Positions 35,877 through 45,521 of a DNA stretch of 64,000 nt are shown one piece after another; positions within the stretch are counted from its first letter, which is position 1; every line of letters starts with the position of its first letter. The position numbers and the translations under genes are program-made. Source of the DNA: a virus. Taxonomy: Duplodnaviria; Caudoviricetes. The DNA lies in IMG/VR virus record IMGVR_UViG_3300034069_002177, positions 138,738 to 202,737 of that record; one strand, given 5' to 3'. A model generated the notes under the pieces. It saw only the letters and a list, made by a program, of their open reading frames with translations. It was not told where the DNA came from and made no database searches.

Positions 35877-38108
35877 ATGATGACTGACGAAATCCTAAAG
35901 GTAGTTACGGCAAAGCCGGACTTGATCGAGATTCTCGACAAAGAACTTGCCGAAAAAATCAGCTACCTTCTGACCAAGGATGACGATGTGGATAACCCCG
36001 TCCTTCCCTTCAGCAAGATTGGTAGCGCCAAAGAAGCTCTTCTCTCCCTGAGTTCTCAGGTAAGTTGGATTGCATCTGCTGTAGAAGACGCATTATGGGC
36101 ACGCACTAATCAGTACCTTATCCAGCCTGAGCCGAGTGCTTGGCTGGTCGGAACTTACATGGTAATTCAGGCTCCTTACGCGTTGACACTATCAGACCAA
36201 ATCTCGCAGATTAGTAAGCGGTACTACTACAGCCACTCTCTATCGGGCTGGGTGGTCAACCTGCAAGCGGCGGATCTCGACCAGATCGAGGCGGTTCTTT
36301 TCCTTTACGGGATCTCTGTTTCCGTCAATCTTGCTGACGCCATTGAAGGTCGCTCTGAATGGAAAAGCGTTCTGTCTCAGCTTGTTGAAGACTCTATCAA
36401 GGAGGGCTTCAAAGTCCCCGACCCTGCTATCTTCAGCACTAATCGTGAATACAAGCCTTGGCAAAAGGAATCCATTCTTGCAATGGCATATCAAGGCACT
36501 AGCCTCCTGACCGATCAGGTTGGTCTCGGTAAGGGTGGCTCATTCGTCGGTACATCTCTCGCCATCAATCAGTTCCGTAATGGAACGAATATCAAGCATG
36601 GCGAGTTCCCTGTTGTCATCGCTGTCACCAAATCCATGAAGGACGAGATTGGTGAAGAAGTATTACGGTGGTGGGGTGAAGCCAAAGTAGAGATTATCGG
36701 TGGAGCCAAGGCTGCTCCTATTGAACCCGGCAAGGACTTCTACATCATCAACCACGACATCATCTCGAATCGTGTTGACGACCTGATTGCTCTCAACCCA
36801 GTTGGTTTTATCGCTGATGAGTGCCACGTCTACAAGAACGATCTCGCTAAGCGTGCTCAGGCGGCACACAAGTTGTCTAAGCACATCATCAAGAACGCTG
36901 AAGCCAACGATGTCGAGCCTTTCATCATCATGGCTAGCGGTACTCCGTTCTTAAACGCCCCTATTGAACTATGGAGCCTTTTGGAAATTCTTGGCATCGA
37001 CTACATCTTTGCGAAGTTCGCTCGGTCCAAGTTGACACGAACCACAATGGAGATCAAAAACCCCAAGTTTGATTTCAAGCGTGCCGCCAACAGCAAAAAC
37101 CCTCGCACAATCGAAGTTCCTTTGACCGATAAGGGCGCGTTCGAGTATTACTTCTGCGAAGCAAAGTTTGACAAGTTCCACATTTGGCAGAACAAGGGTG
37201 CGGCTCACGTCAAGGAACTACACAAGCTTCTCATCGACACGGGTATGGTTCGTCGTCGTAAGTCTGATGTTATGCACCCGCTTCCTAAGCTGACCGAAGA
37301 TGTAGTCAAGATTTCTATGACCAGCGAAGCGTGGGCTGAGTACGAACGACTCGACGAGGAATTCCGCGAGTGGGCTATCAACGAAGCTCGTGAACTTGCC
37401 AGGACAGAAAACATCAGTATTCCGAAAGCCATCATGGAGATTACGCGGAAGTTAGATAACGGCGAAGCGATGATGCGTTTGACAAAAATCCGTCAGTGGC
37501 TCGGTATGGGTAAGGTCGATGGAACCGTCGAGTGGATTCATAAGTTCATGGCGAACGACCCCGAAGTTACAGGCGGCGATGAGACTCGACAGAAGCTTAT
37601 TGTGTTCGTCCACCACCAAGACCCACGAAAGGCTCTCATCGAGCACCCCGAGCTACAGCAGTACGGCATTTTGACCATCCTGCCCGGTGGCGACCAAACC
37701 GGTGAAAGCATCCAAAGCCACAAGCGACTCTTCCAAAAGGACGACCGTTACCGACTCATGATTTGCAGCATGGCGGCTCGTGAGGGGCACACGTTGACTG
37801 CGGCTAAGGATGTTTACCTTCACGAAATTCCGTTCGTTCCATCATGGGTTGTGCAGATGGCTGGTCGTTGCTGGGCACGTCTTTCCGAAGACTTCGAGCC
37901 ACACGATGCGAACATTCACTATGCCGTTGTTGACGGCACAGAAGACCCTCGTCTGTTGCAGATGAACCGCATTAAGAAGGCTACCTTCAATGCCGTCATC
38001 GACGGTGAGGGTCAGGATGATTCGATTACTGAGATGAAGGGCGAATCGGTCGAGACTCTGGTTCGTTCCATCCTGCGAAAGACCAAGGAAATCGGAGTTG
38101 CGGCATAA
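35877..38108 (+). CDS. SNF2-family (SF2) helicase/translocase
   Basis: Q motif YKPWQKE, motif I DQVGLGKG, motif II IADECH, motif III SGTPFLN, RRRKSDV, EGHTLTAA, motif VI QMAGRCWAR. Confidence 0.85.
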   Translation: MMTDEILKVVTAKPDLIEILDKELAEKISYLLTKDDDVDNPVLPFSKIGSAKEALLSLSSQVSWIASAVEDALWARTNQYLIQPEPSAWLVGTYMVIQAPYALTLSDQISQISKRYYYSHSLSGWVVNLQAADLDQIEAVLFLYGISVSVNLADAIEGRSEWKSVLSQLVEDSIKEGFKVPDPAIFSTNREYKPWQKESILAMAYQGTSLLTDQVGLGKGGSFVGTSLAINQFRNGTNIKHGEFPVVIAVTKSMKDEIGEEVLRWWGEAKVEIIGGAKAAPIEPGKDFYIINHDIISNRVDDLIALNPVGFIADECHVYKNDLAKRAQAAHKLSKHIIKNAEANDVEPFIIMASGTPFLNAPIELWSLLEILGIDYIFAKFARSKLTRTTMEIKNPKFDFKRAANSKNPRTIEVPLTDKGAFEYYFCEAKFDKFHIWQNKGAAHVKELHKLLIDTGMVRRRKSDVMHPLPKLTEDVVKISMTSEAWAEYERLDEEFREWAINEARELARTENISIPKAIMEITRKLDNGEAMMRLTKIRQWLGMGKVDGTVEWIHKFMANDPEVTGGDETRQKLIVFVHHQDPRKALIEHPELQQYGILTILPGGDQTGESIQSHKRLFQKDDRYRLMICSMAAREGHTLTAAKDVYLHEIPFVPSWVVQMAGRCWARLSEDFEPHDANIHYAVVDGTEDPRLLQMNRIKKATFNAVIDGEGQDDSITEMKGESVETLVRSILRKTKEIGVAA

Positions 38109-38880
38109 CCAAAGGACTACAATTGGTCCTGCCATGAGTGCATCAAATTGGGTACAGCGTATCCGTCACAACAAGGAAATTTCCGACCGCAAACGTTACT
38201 GGGAGAATGTTCTCCCAGATACGAAACTTGCTTCTGTCGAGGTAGAGCCAGGTGTTCTGGGTCTTCATATTGAGACCTTTCAACTACGTGAGGGAACTGA
38301 ATTTGAAGGAGTGCGGGCGCGGCTTCAGCAGATCGAGAAAAAGATAGACACAGATAAGGCTTGTGTCTGTCCCGTCAATCGCGTTGCTGATTCTTGTGAA
38401 GCTGGAGAAGACCGCATAGGCACAGAAGGTTTCCGTATCGTCTGGTCCAAAAGCAGTGAAATCCCATCCATATTCTCAGATGACCTTACACAACGCGAAA
38501 GAGATTTCATTGCACGGCTAGAAATTGTGCCGCTTCTTGAAAGTTTCAAGCGCATCGGTTACTGCCCGCTGCTACACGCACGTCTCGTAACCGATGATGA
38601 CTCATCAGGTAAGGTAATCGTCATCTCTGTCATCAGTCGCTCAGGTGCTCAAATGGAAGATTTCGAAGAAGCTCAGAACTTACTCGCACAGAAGTACGGA
38701 GCGGGACTTGTAGCGTTTTTCAATGAAGGCGAGTTCGATTCGTCTATGATGGTGTCAATCGTTATCAGTGCTAAAGAAAACTCTGCTCAGGAAGGTGATA
38801 TCTCCTTCATCGAGACGGGTACGATTCCCGTTGTCAAGGGAATTAGAAGCGCACAGAAGATAGTCACCAAGGAGATTTAA
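38098..38880 (+). CDS. Motor-less paralog of the central region of the adjacent FtsK-like protein
   Basis: Colinear similarity to the FtsK ORF (GTEGFRIVWS vs GSAGFRVWWT; IGYCPLL vs LGYCTML). TAATG overlap with the FtsK start. Confidence 0.75.
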   Translation: MRHNQRTTIGPAMSASNWVQRIRHNKEISDRKRYWENVLPDTKLASVEVEPGVLGLHIETFQLREGTEFEGVRARLQQIEKKIDTDKACVCPVNRVADSCEAGEDRIGTEGFRIVWSKSSEIPSIFSDDLTQRERDFIARLEIVPLLESFKRIGYCPLLHARLVTDDDSSGKVIVISVISRSGAQMEDFEEAQNLLAQKYGAGLVAFFNEGEFDSSMMVSIVISAKENSAQEGDISFIETGTIPVVKGIRSAQKIVTKEI

Positions 38881-41800
38881 TGCGTGGTCGCGGTATACTC
38901 GGACCCTGGGAACTTTGGCGCAAGATCGCACTCGGTGGTGTCGTTGTTGTAGCAATTTTCTTGTATGTGGCGCTGTCCATTCCCGTGGGTTTCGTATTCC
39001 TCGGAATCCTTTTGGGTGCGGCGTACATCTGGAAAGACCTGTCGATGACAGATGTCAACAAGGGAATGTACATCATGATGACATTCCCCTTCCGACTGGC
39101 TACATTCTTCGTTTCCTACAAAATGAACATGCGTCAACTCCTGACGCTGAACACCGTTGCATTCGGTGCGCCAACAGATGACGAAGACCATGAAGTGGCA
39201 GCGGGTCTTGCTCCGTGGACTCGACTTTCTTCCTATTGGGTCGGATTCGTCTCTGTACTCCTTGGAATCCCGGATATCTTCTTGGTTCATGCTCACTACC
39301 CGATTTGGGGTATGGCGTTCTCTATCCCGTGGTTCATCGGCTACCCACTTAGCGTGGTCGGTTGGTTCATCATGATTCAAACCATCTTCGCCACCCGGAG
39401 AATCCAAGGTGACAAGGAAACCATCGCCGCAGTCGAGCCTCGTCCCGCTGTTCTCATCAACAAAAGCCGTGCAGAACTTCCGTTTATGGAGTTGCTGCCC
39501 AAAGCTCTCATTTACGGAAGCGGTCCGGCGTTCCTCTTACTTCTCATTGGACTTTTTGCCAAGTTACCTATTTGGTTGACTCTCGTTATCGTTCTCGCGG
39601 CGTTTGTCATGGGACTAGCTATCGCAGCAAGTCGAATCATGGCTGGTGCTTATATCGTCGGATGGCAAGCACGAGCCGAGAGGCGTGACTTCTGGACCAA
39701 TGCGTTTGAGTTCATGCGCGACAAAATTCCTGGCTTCAACGTCGAGATGCAGCTTCCTACATTAGAAGAGCATGAGAATACTCAGTTACAGAGACGACTA
39801 GCTCGTGAACGGATTGCTCGCGCACGTCGTAGTGGGGCTGCTCGTAAGGGTGGCGGTGATATCGAGGTTAGTAGTGAAGAAACAGGCGATGAGCCTTACG
39901 ATCCTCAGGTCAAGATTGCTACTTTTGGATACCCTCAGGGTTCTACATTCGATGACTTCAAGGAAGTCGCGCCTCGTATCAGCAACGCACTGGGTGTGGA
40001 TCTTTGTGCCATCTCTCCCATCGGAAACATCACGACTTCCAATGAGGAAGTTCCGGGTACGGTAGGTTCCGCTGGATTCCGCGTATGGTGGACTGAGACC
40101 GACCCGCCGCCCTTGCTATCACCGGATATCGACCTGTGGATGCGCGAGCTTCTCGTGCGCTCCAGAGTCATTCCTGCATTGTCAAAGGTGCGCGGTCTGG
40201 GCTACTGCACGATGTTGACTTGCTCGATGATTACTCGCCCTGAGTCAAAACGTCAAATCATGGAAGTCCGTGTCATTCCTCCCGTTGGCGTCAGCGTCCA
40301 GAGCTTCTTTGCCAACCTCGAAACCATCAAGTCGGCATTGGATGTCGAATGGGTCCGTATCAAGGGCAGCGATGACAAGTCTGCTAACGCTGGTGGTCAG
40401 GCACCTATCTCGCTGTTTATTGGAGATATGCCTACCTTCAATGATCGTACCGAGACAAGCTTCGTTCGTCCCCCCGCCGTTGTTCGTGACATGATCGACA
40501 AGATGGATTGGCAGTATTACTGGTCTGTTTTGAAGCTACAGGGATCTGATGGATTCCCCAAGCTTGCTGACCGCGTTGCAACCACTCCTATCGTGGACAA
40601 GCTAATCTTCTCCATTCCTAGTGGTATGGCATTCGAAGAGTTCCCGACGAAGTTGTCTGCAATCAAGACGACTTCGGGTTATTCGTTCATGGAGATTCAG
40701 CAGGGTAACGAAATCGAAACCAAAGACATGACAGCAGAGGAAGCGCTAGAAGCCGAGCGCGCTCAGCAGTCGATGTTCACCGTTATCGCCAGTCGCGAAG
40801 ATCCGTTGAAGCGCGTGTTCAACTTCATGGACTACAAGGACCAAATTCTTCCTGGTCGTGTTCCAGGCGAAGAGAACATTTCTTGGTCTCCTGGTGTCAT
40901 GGCTGACGATGGACTAGCTGTATACGACTGGGACGCAGAAGAGCCTCACCTGTTGATTGCTGGTGCTTCCGGTAGTGGAAAATCTGTTGTTGCATCAGCA
41001 TTCATCTTGCAGGTCATGCAGAACAATGGACCGGGTGAAGCTAGATTCTGGATGATTGAACCCAAGAACGAAATGCAGGTCTACCGAGATGTAGACGTTG
41101 TAGAGCGCTTCGTTGATTCGTGGACACCTGATGAGGACTTCATCAAGAACGCCGCTGACCTCATGTGGGATGCTCGTGTAGAGATGGACAACCGCAACAA
41201 GATCTTCTCGTCTCACCCCAAGGCACCCAAGAAGCTCTCGAAAGCGCGAGAAATTGCCAAACTGGAATCTCAGCGCAACGGTACGCCGCTAGAAGACCAC
41301 CCGCTCTACCTGCCATACCTGTTCATTATCCTAGAGGAGTGCGCAACGCTGTTTGCCGAGTCCTCTAACGCTGAAGAAAAGAACGAGCAGAAGCGTCTTC
41401 TCACCAACACTGCGGAAATCGCTCGTAAGGCGCGTTCGGCTGGAATCTACCTTGTTGCGCTGACTCAGTACCCGACCAATGCGTCTATCCCTTCGGTTAT
41501 CCGTCAGCAGATGCGTCGTATTGGTTTGAAGTGTCAGAATGACATGGCTTCGCGCGTTGTTATTGAAGAGAACGGTCTCGAAAAGATCAAGACCAAGGGC
41601 GTCGGTATGATTTCACAGAAGGGCAACTACCGTTCCTTCCGTGGATTCTGGGTGAAGGATGGTGACCCTGACGAGGGCAAGCCAAACGACATTCTCGATA
41701 TCCTCGGTGCCCTTCCAAAGAACCGTGGTGCTGGCTTCGGTGGAGGTGGCTCCGGTTCGGCTGCGGCTAAACCAAGGCTCGTTCTTCCTAAGCCAGACCA

Positions 41801-41972
41801 GACAATCTTCAACATCTGGGACTCCAGCTATGGTGGAGCAATCAGCAATGCCGTGGACGAACGCAAGAAAACCAAGGACAAGACTTACACCGACCTCGGT
41901 TATGTTTCACCTCAGGATCCCAAGTCTACTGATGAGGCACTGGAAGACGATGAAGACTTGGTAAGCGTCTGA
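38880..41972 (+). CDS. FtsK/SpoIIIE (TcpA/TraB-like) DNA translocase
   Basis: Multiple N-terminal TMs, PHLLIAGASGSGKS, FWMIEPK, E-x-DNRNKIF, IILEECATL, RKARSAGIYLVALTQYP. No clear gamma winged-helix at the C-end. Confidence 0.85.
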   Translation: MRGRGILGPWELWRKIALGGVVVVAIFLYVALSIPVGFVFLGILLGAAYIWKDLSMTDVNKGMYIMMTFPFRLATFFVSYKMNMRQLLTLNTVAFGAPTDDEDHEVAAGLAPWTRLSSYWVGFVSVLLGIPDIFLVHAHYPIWGMAFSIPWFIGYPLSVVGWFIMIQTIFATRRIQGDKETIAAVEPRPAVLINKSRAELPFMELLPKALIYGSGPAFLLLLIGLFAKLPIWLTLVIVLAAFVMGLAIAASRIMAGAYIVGWQARAERRDFWTNAFEFMRDKIPGFNVEMQLPTLEEHENTQLQRRLARERIARARRSGAARKGGGDIEVSSEETGDEPYDPQVKIATFGYPQGSTFDDFKEVAPRISNALGVDLCAISPIGNITTSNEEVPGTVGSAGFRVWWTETDPPPLLSPDIDLWMRELLVRSRVIPALSKVRGLGYCTMLTCSMITRPESKRQIMEVRVIPPVGVSVQSFFANLETIKSALDVEWVRIKGSDDKSANAGGQAPISLFIGDMPTFNDRTETSFVRPPAVVRDMIDKMDWQYYWSVLKLQGSDGFPKLADRVATTPIVDKLIFSIPSGMAFEEFPTKLSAIKTTSGYSFMEIQQGNEIETKDMTAEEALEAERAQQSMFTVIASREDPLKRVFNFMDYKDQILPGRVPGEENISWSPGVMADDGLAVYDWDAEEPHLLIAGASGSGKSVVASAFILQVMQNNGPGEARFWMIEPKNEMQVYRDVDVVERFVDSWTPDEDFIKNAADLMWDARVEMDNRNKIFSSHPKAPKKLSKAREIAKLESQRNGTPLEDHPLYLPYLFIILEECATLFAESSNAEEKNEQKRLLTNTAEIARKARSAGIYLVALTQYPTNASIPSVIRQQMRRIGLKCQNDMASRVVIEENGLEKIKTKGVGMISQKGNYRSFRGFWVKDGDPDEGKPNDILDILGALPKNRGAGFGGGGSGSAAAKPRLVLPKPDQTIFNIWDSSYGGAISNAVDERKKTKDKTYTDLGYVSPQDPKSTDEALEDDEDLVSV

Positions 41973-41984
41973 AGAAACGGACAG

Positions 41985-42013
41985 TTGTGAGTTCTCGGGT
42001 TGCATGGTATTGT
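41985..42013 (+). promoter_or_regulatory. sbcD promoter
   Basis: TTGTGA-17 bp-TATTGT with extended -10 (TGG); same -35 as dnaE. Confidence 0.5.
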
Positions 42014-42033
42014 GTAACCCGAGAAAGGCAAGA

Positions 42034-43200
42034 ATGATCAAGATTATCGCTATCGCGGACCCGCATGTCGATGCTACCTCTATTGGAGGATTTGATAAGG
42101 ACAAGGGTATTCACTCGAACTGGGTAGAGTCCTTTGCTCGTCTGAATGACGCTATTGACGCAGCTAATGCGTGTGAAGCTCAGTTCTTCGTTGTGGCTGG
42201 TGACTTGTTCGATACCGGTAAGCCAACTGCTGAAGCTGTTGCGCTCGTTCGCGATGCCTTTCGTCGTCTTCATCCTGGTTGTATTGTCGTCATTATCGAC
42301 GGCAATCACGATCAGCAGACGGTCGTGGGTAATCAGCGCACCCCTGTTGCTGCTTACTTTGGAGATCTCAAAAATGTTGTGACTGCTTCCACTCCTGAAC
42401 TCATTGATATCGATGGAATGCAGTTCGCTCTAGCACCGTGGATTCGCGTAGCAGGCAAGTCGAAAGTTCGGAACATTAGCGACGAACTGAAAATGGTCGT
42501 GGAAGGTCTTTCGAACAAAGTAAAACCGGGACCGTCGATGTTCCTCGGTCACCTCGTGGTTGATGAATGCACATTCGACAATGGGATGGATAACCGTGGC
42601 TCTGAAATGAACATGGCTACTACCTTGCTGGAAGCCCACGTTCCCACCGAACTACTCGATGCAGGCGAATGGTCACTAGCGCGGCTGGGTCACATTCACA
42701 AGCGCCAGCAACTTTCGGCAAAAACCGGTTACATCGGTTCGCCCTATAAAGTTTCGTTCGGTGAATATCGCGAGTCGAAGGGTTACGACCTCATCACTAT
42801 TGACGACAAGAACAATTCTACTGTCACGTTCAAGGAACTAAAAGTCCGTAACCTCGTCAAGCTAGACCTCAGTTCAACTGGCGAAGACAGCATCACCGAT
42901 ATCGAAAAGGTGGGCGAACACGACATCGTTCGTCTTGTAGTTGATCACGATGGCGCTGATTCTTTGGACATCAAGAACGCTAAGGCGAGATTGGAGAAGC
43001 TTGGTATCTCTCATCAGATTTCTCGTCTGCCTCGACCCAAGCGTGATGCAATTTCTCGCGTGAATGGTGCCGCTGTTGACACGACCCCGGTCAGCGCACT
43101 GCTGTTGTACTTGGACAGACACGGTGTAACTGAGCTTGATGAGCGCGATGCGCTGGTTCATGAACTCAGTGCCATTCTCAACATGGTCGGGACTAAGTAA
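42034..43200 (+). CDS. sbcD: SbcD/Mre11-family nuclease subunit
   Basis: Metallophosphoesterase motifs ADPH, AGDLFD, GNHD, GH, LGHIH; YIGSP..VSFGE. Confidence 0.9.
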   Translation: MIKIIAIADPHVDATSIGGFDKDKGIHSNWVESFARLNDAIDAANACEAQFFVVAGDLFDTGKPTAEAVALVRDAFRRLHPGCIVVIIDGNHDQQTVVGNQRTPVAAYFGDLKNVVTASTPELIDIDGMQFALAPWIRVAGKSKVRNISDELKMVVEGLSNKVKPGPSMFLGHLVVDECTFDNGMDNRGSEMNMATTLLEAHVPTELLDAGEWSLARLGHIHKRQQLSAKTGYIGSPYKVSFGEYRESKGYDLITIDDKNNSTVTFKELKVRNLVKLDLSSTGEDSITDIEKVGEHDIVRLVVDHDGADSLDIKNAKARLEKLGISHQISRLPRPKRDAISRVNGAAVDTTPVSALLLYLDRHGVTELDERDALVHELSAILNMVGTK

Positions 43201-43755
43201 GTGAGCGATATTGTCTTTGGATTGCTCGTAGAGAACAACCAAAAGTTCCCAGCGGACGAACTGGTGGAAGCATTGGAAGATGCCGGTCGTGATGAAAAAT
43301 GGTCATGGGTTCTCTGGGAACTCAACAGCGCTTACTTCGGCGTAATCAAGGGCTCATTAGGCTTCAAGGGTCGTGTTTCGCAAATCAGGCGCATCGAGGT
43401 TATTTCGCTGGGAGAAGCATTGGACGAAAGTGATGACAGCCGCGCTAAATGGATTGTTCCTGCGAAATCATCCACTGGTTCCGTCCACGAGTTTGCGCAT
43501 CGCAAAATTGCCGGTTATGTTGCTGATGTATATGGCGAGAAGGTAAAGACCGAAGAAGACGCGTTCGTCAAGCCTAAAGAACGCGTTCTTGCACCCCTCA
43601 GTAGTCGCAAGAAGTTCAAGGGTATTATCCCTACAGCAACTGCCCACATGGGCTCTGAAGAAGGCGCAATGCCTGCTTCTGCCAAGCCCAATAATCCAGC
43701 ACCTGCTGCATCTCCGGGTGGGGATATTGCAAGAAAATCTCGTCGCGGTAATTAG
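43201..43755 (+). CDS. Hypothetical protein
   Basis: 184-aa ORF abutting the sbcD stop; no family recognised. Confidence 0.65.
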   Translation: MSDIVFGLLVENNQKFPADELVEALEDAGRDEKWSWVLWELNSAYFGVIKGSLGFKGRVSQIRRIEVISLGEALDESDDSRAKWIVPAKSSTGSVHEFAHRKIAGYVADVYGEKVKTEEDAFVKPKERVLAPLSSRKKFKGIIPTATAHMGSEEGAMPASAKPNNPAPAASPGGDIARKSRRGN

Positions 43756-43864
43756 CTATCCGACACGCCGAATAAACAACATCGTCTTTCAGAGACCATG
43801 TTAGTATTCGCGTAACGCAGGGCGTGAACATCATCCGCCTACACGAGAGAAAGGTCCGTAGTAC

Positions 43865-44545
43865 GTGTCCGATAACTACGACGAGCAGAACAACCAAGGC
43901 GATCAGAACATCACCTGGGGCAACGATAACGAAGGTCAGCAGGACGTTTCTTGGAACGCCCCAAATACCTCTGAGGAAGCCCAGGATGCGCCTCAGGAGG
44001 CGGTCAAGGTCAAGTCGAGCACTGGCTCTAACACGCTTTCCAATGGCGTCAGAAAGGCGCGTAGCGGCGAAGGTGCGGCGAACGTATTAAGTTGGTCAGA
44101 TGTCGGATCCATTTTCGAGTTCACTGGAAAGTTTGAACAGCTAGAGTCAAACACGGCATCTCTCTTTTGTGAGTTATTCGACATCGACGCTGATAGTCAT
44201 GTCATTGACGTAGCTCAGACTCTTTACCCATCTGGGGGAGAAATTGCTGCATTCGGCATTGTCACCGACATTGTTGATATGGTTACCCAAGGTTCTGTTG
44301 GATTCGCAGATGGAATCAAGTTGGTCACTCGAATCGACGCCCTACCAGACCTCACCACCAAAACGGTAGCTCGTCAGATTTCTTCTATTACGGACATTGA
44401 AATCAAGCATCGCAAGAACAGCCGTACAACCGATTTTGTCGCATCAATCCTTGATGCATTGGACAAAACACGAGAAAGCGGTAAACTAGACAAACTGGCT
44501 GAGTTCCATGAACTCTTAGAAGTCTGGCCGGGCAACAAGAAGTAG
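43865..44545 (+). CDS. Hypothetical protein with acidic/Gln-Asn-rich N-terminus
   Basis: GAAAGG RBS, extended -10 TGT-TAGTAT at 43799-43807, 226 aa. Confidence 0.7.
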   Translation: MSDNYDEQNNQGDQNITWGNDNEGQQDVSWNAPNTSEEAQDAPQEAVKVKSSTGSNTLSNGVRKARSGEGAANVLSWSDVGSIFEFTGKFEQLESNTASLFCELFDIDADSHVIDVAQTLYPSGGEIAAFGIVTDIVDMVTQGSVGFADGIKLVTRIDALPDLTTKTVARQISSITDIEIKHRKNSRTTDFVASILDALDKTRESGKLDKLAEFHELLEVWPGNKK

Positions 44546-44550
44546 GAGAA

Positions 44551-45393
44551 ATGACTAAAAAGTCGCTATCGAAGTGGTTCACACGCAACAAGGTATTGCT
44601 GCGCGATGTCCTCGTCTGGGTTATCATCGGTGCCATTGGTGGTACGGCGACAGCGTTCATTCCAAAAGTCTCCGAGCAGAACCGTTTGGGTGTACTTGCT
44701 AACGCAGGGATCGTCACTCTCAACATTCTCGTTTTCTACATTGCATTCGCAGGAGTGGTGAGAAATATCTTCAAGCCGTCGCAGGGTGTAATTGGTGCCG
44801 CTAAATTCATTTTCCGAAAAGACATGACAACAACCCTTTTCGGAGTGATTCTTTTCGGTATCGTCTTTGCGAGCCTTCCGACGATTGCATCCCGAGGGGT
44901 ATTCCCGCTACCTCCTACGGGTCCAATCGTCATTGGGCTACTGGGGGCATGGCTCGTCATCATTTTTGCGATGAAACGTCTATATGCCATTCAGTTCTAC
45001 GAAGAGGTTCTCACGCCCAAAGAGCGCAAAAAATACGAAGCTGATTTGGTAGCGAAACCTGAGAAGGTCGAGAAAAAGGGTATGTTCCTTGTAGACCTCA
45101 ATAACATGATTCGGTCACGCTCGAACAGTATCACCAAAGTCGAGAAGCCTCGTACCCACAAAGTTATTTTCCCAAGCGTGCAGTCGCTATTCGTACTGTT
45201 ATCACCCGCCGTTGTGCTCTCGTGGTCTCTCTACGTATTCCCACTAGAGAGCTACACAATCTTCTCGGCAATCACCGCACCTGCTGTCATTGCGTTAGCG
45301 GGTGCTGCTTGGGGAATCTGGCACGTCAAGGGTGGATTCACCCGTGTGGTTACCAAGCGGGTAGGACGTGTCATGGAGTCCACAAAGTCCTGA
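44551..45393 (+). CDS. Polytopic membrane protein
   Basis: AGGAG RBS; about 6 hydrophobic helices. Confidence 0.75.
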   Translation: MTKKSLSKWFTRNKVLLRDVLVWVIIGAIGGTATAFIPKVSEQNRLGVLANAGIVTLNILVFYIAFAGVVRNIFKPSQGVIGAAKFIFRKDMTTTLFGVILFGIVFASLPTIASRGVFPLPPTGPIVIGLLGAWLVIIFAMKRLYAIQFYEEVLTPKERKKYEADLVAKPEKVEKKGMFLVDLNNMIRSRSNSITKVEKPRTHKVIFPSVQSLFVLLSPAVVLSWSLYVFPLESYTIFSAITAPAVIALAGAAWGIWHVKGGFTRVVTKRVGRVMESTKS

Positions 45394-45435
45394 TTCTTCA
45401 AGGATCTGGACTGTTCCAAAATCGCTTGAAAAAAA

Positions 45436-45477
45436 GTTATCCACAGCCCTTGTGCTCCTGTGCACAACCTGTTAGAT
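45436..45477 (+). promoter_or_regulatory. DnaA-box pair overlapping the whiB-like operon promoter
   Basis: TTATCCACA(45436-45444, perfect) and TGTGCACAA(45458-45466, reverse complement 8/9 to TTGTCCACA). Promoter TTGTGC(45449-45454)-17-TAGATT(45472-45477) with TG extension. Confidence 0.6.
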
Positions 45478-45521
45478 TTACCCCGTTGATCGTTACTGAT
45501 GTGAAGTGGGTTATTTAGCGT

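Noticed and set aside
35987-35995. Perfect DnaA box (TGTGGATAA) in the SNF2 gene, and TGTGGACAA at 8284-8292 in the VirB4-like gene
   Set aside because: Both are isolated, lie in coding sequence and simply spell Asp-Val-Asp-Asn. About one chance hit per 9-mer is expected in a window of this size.
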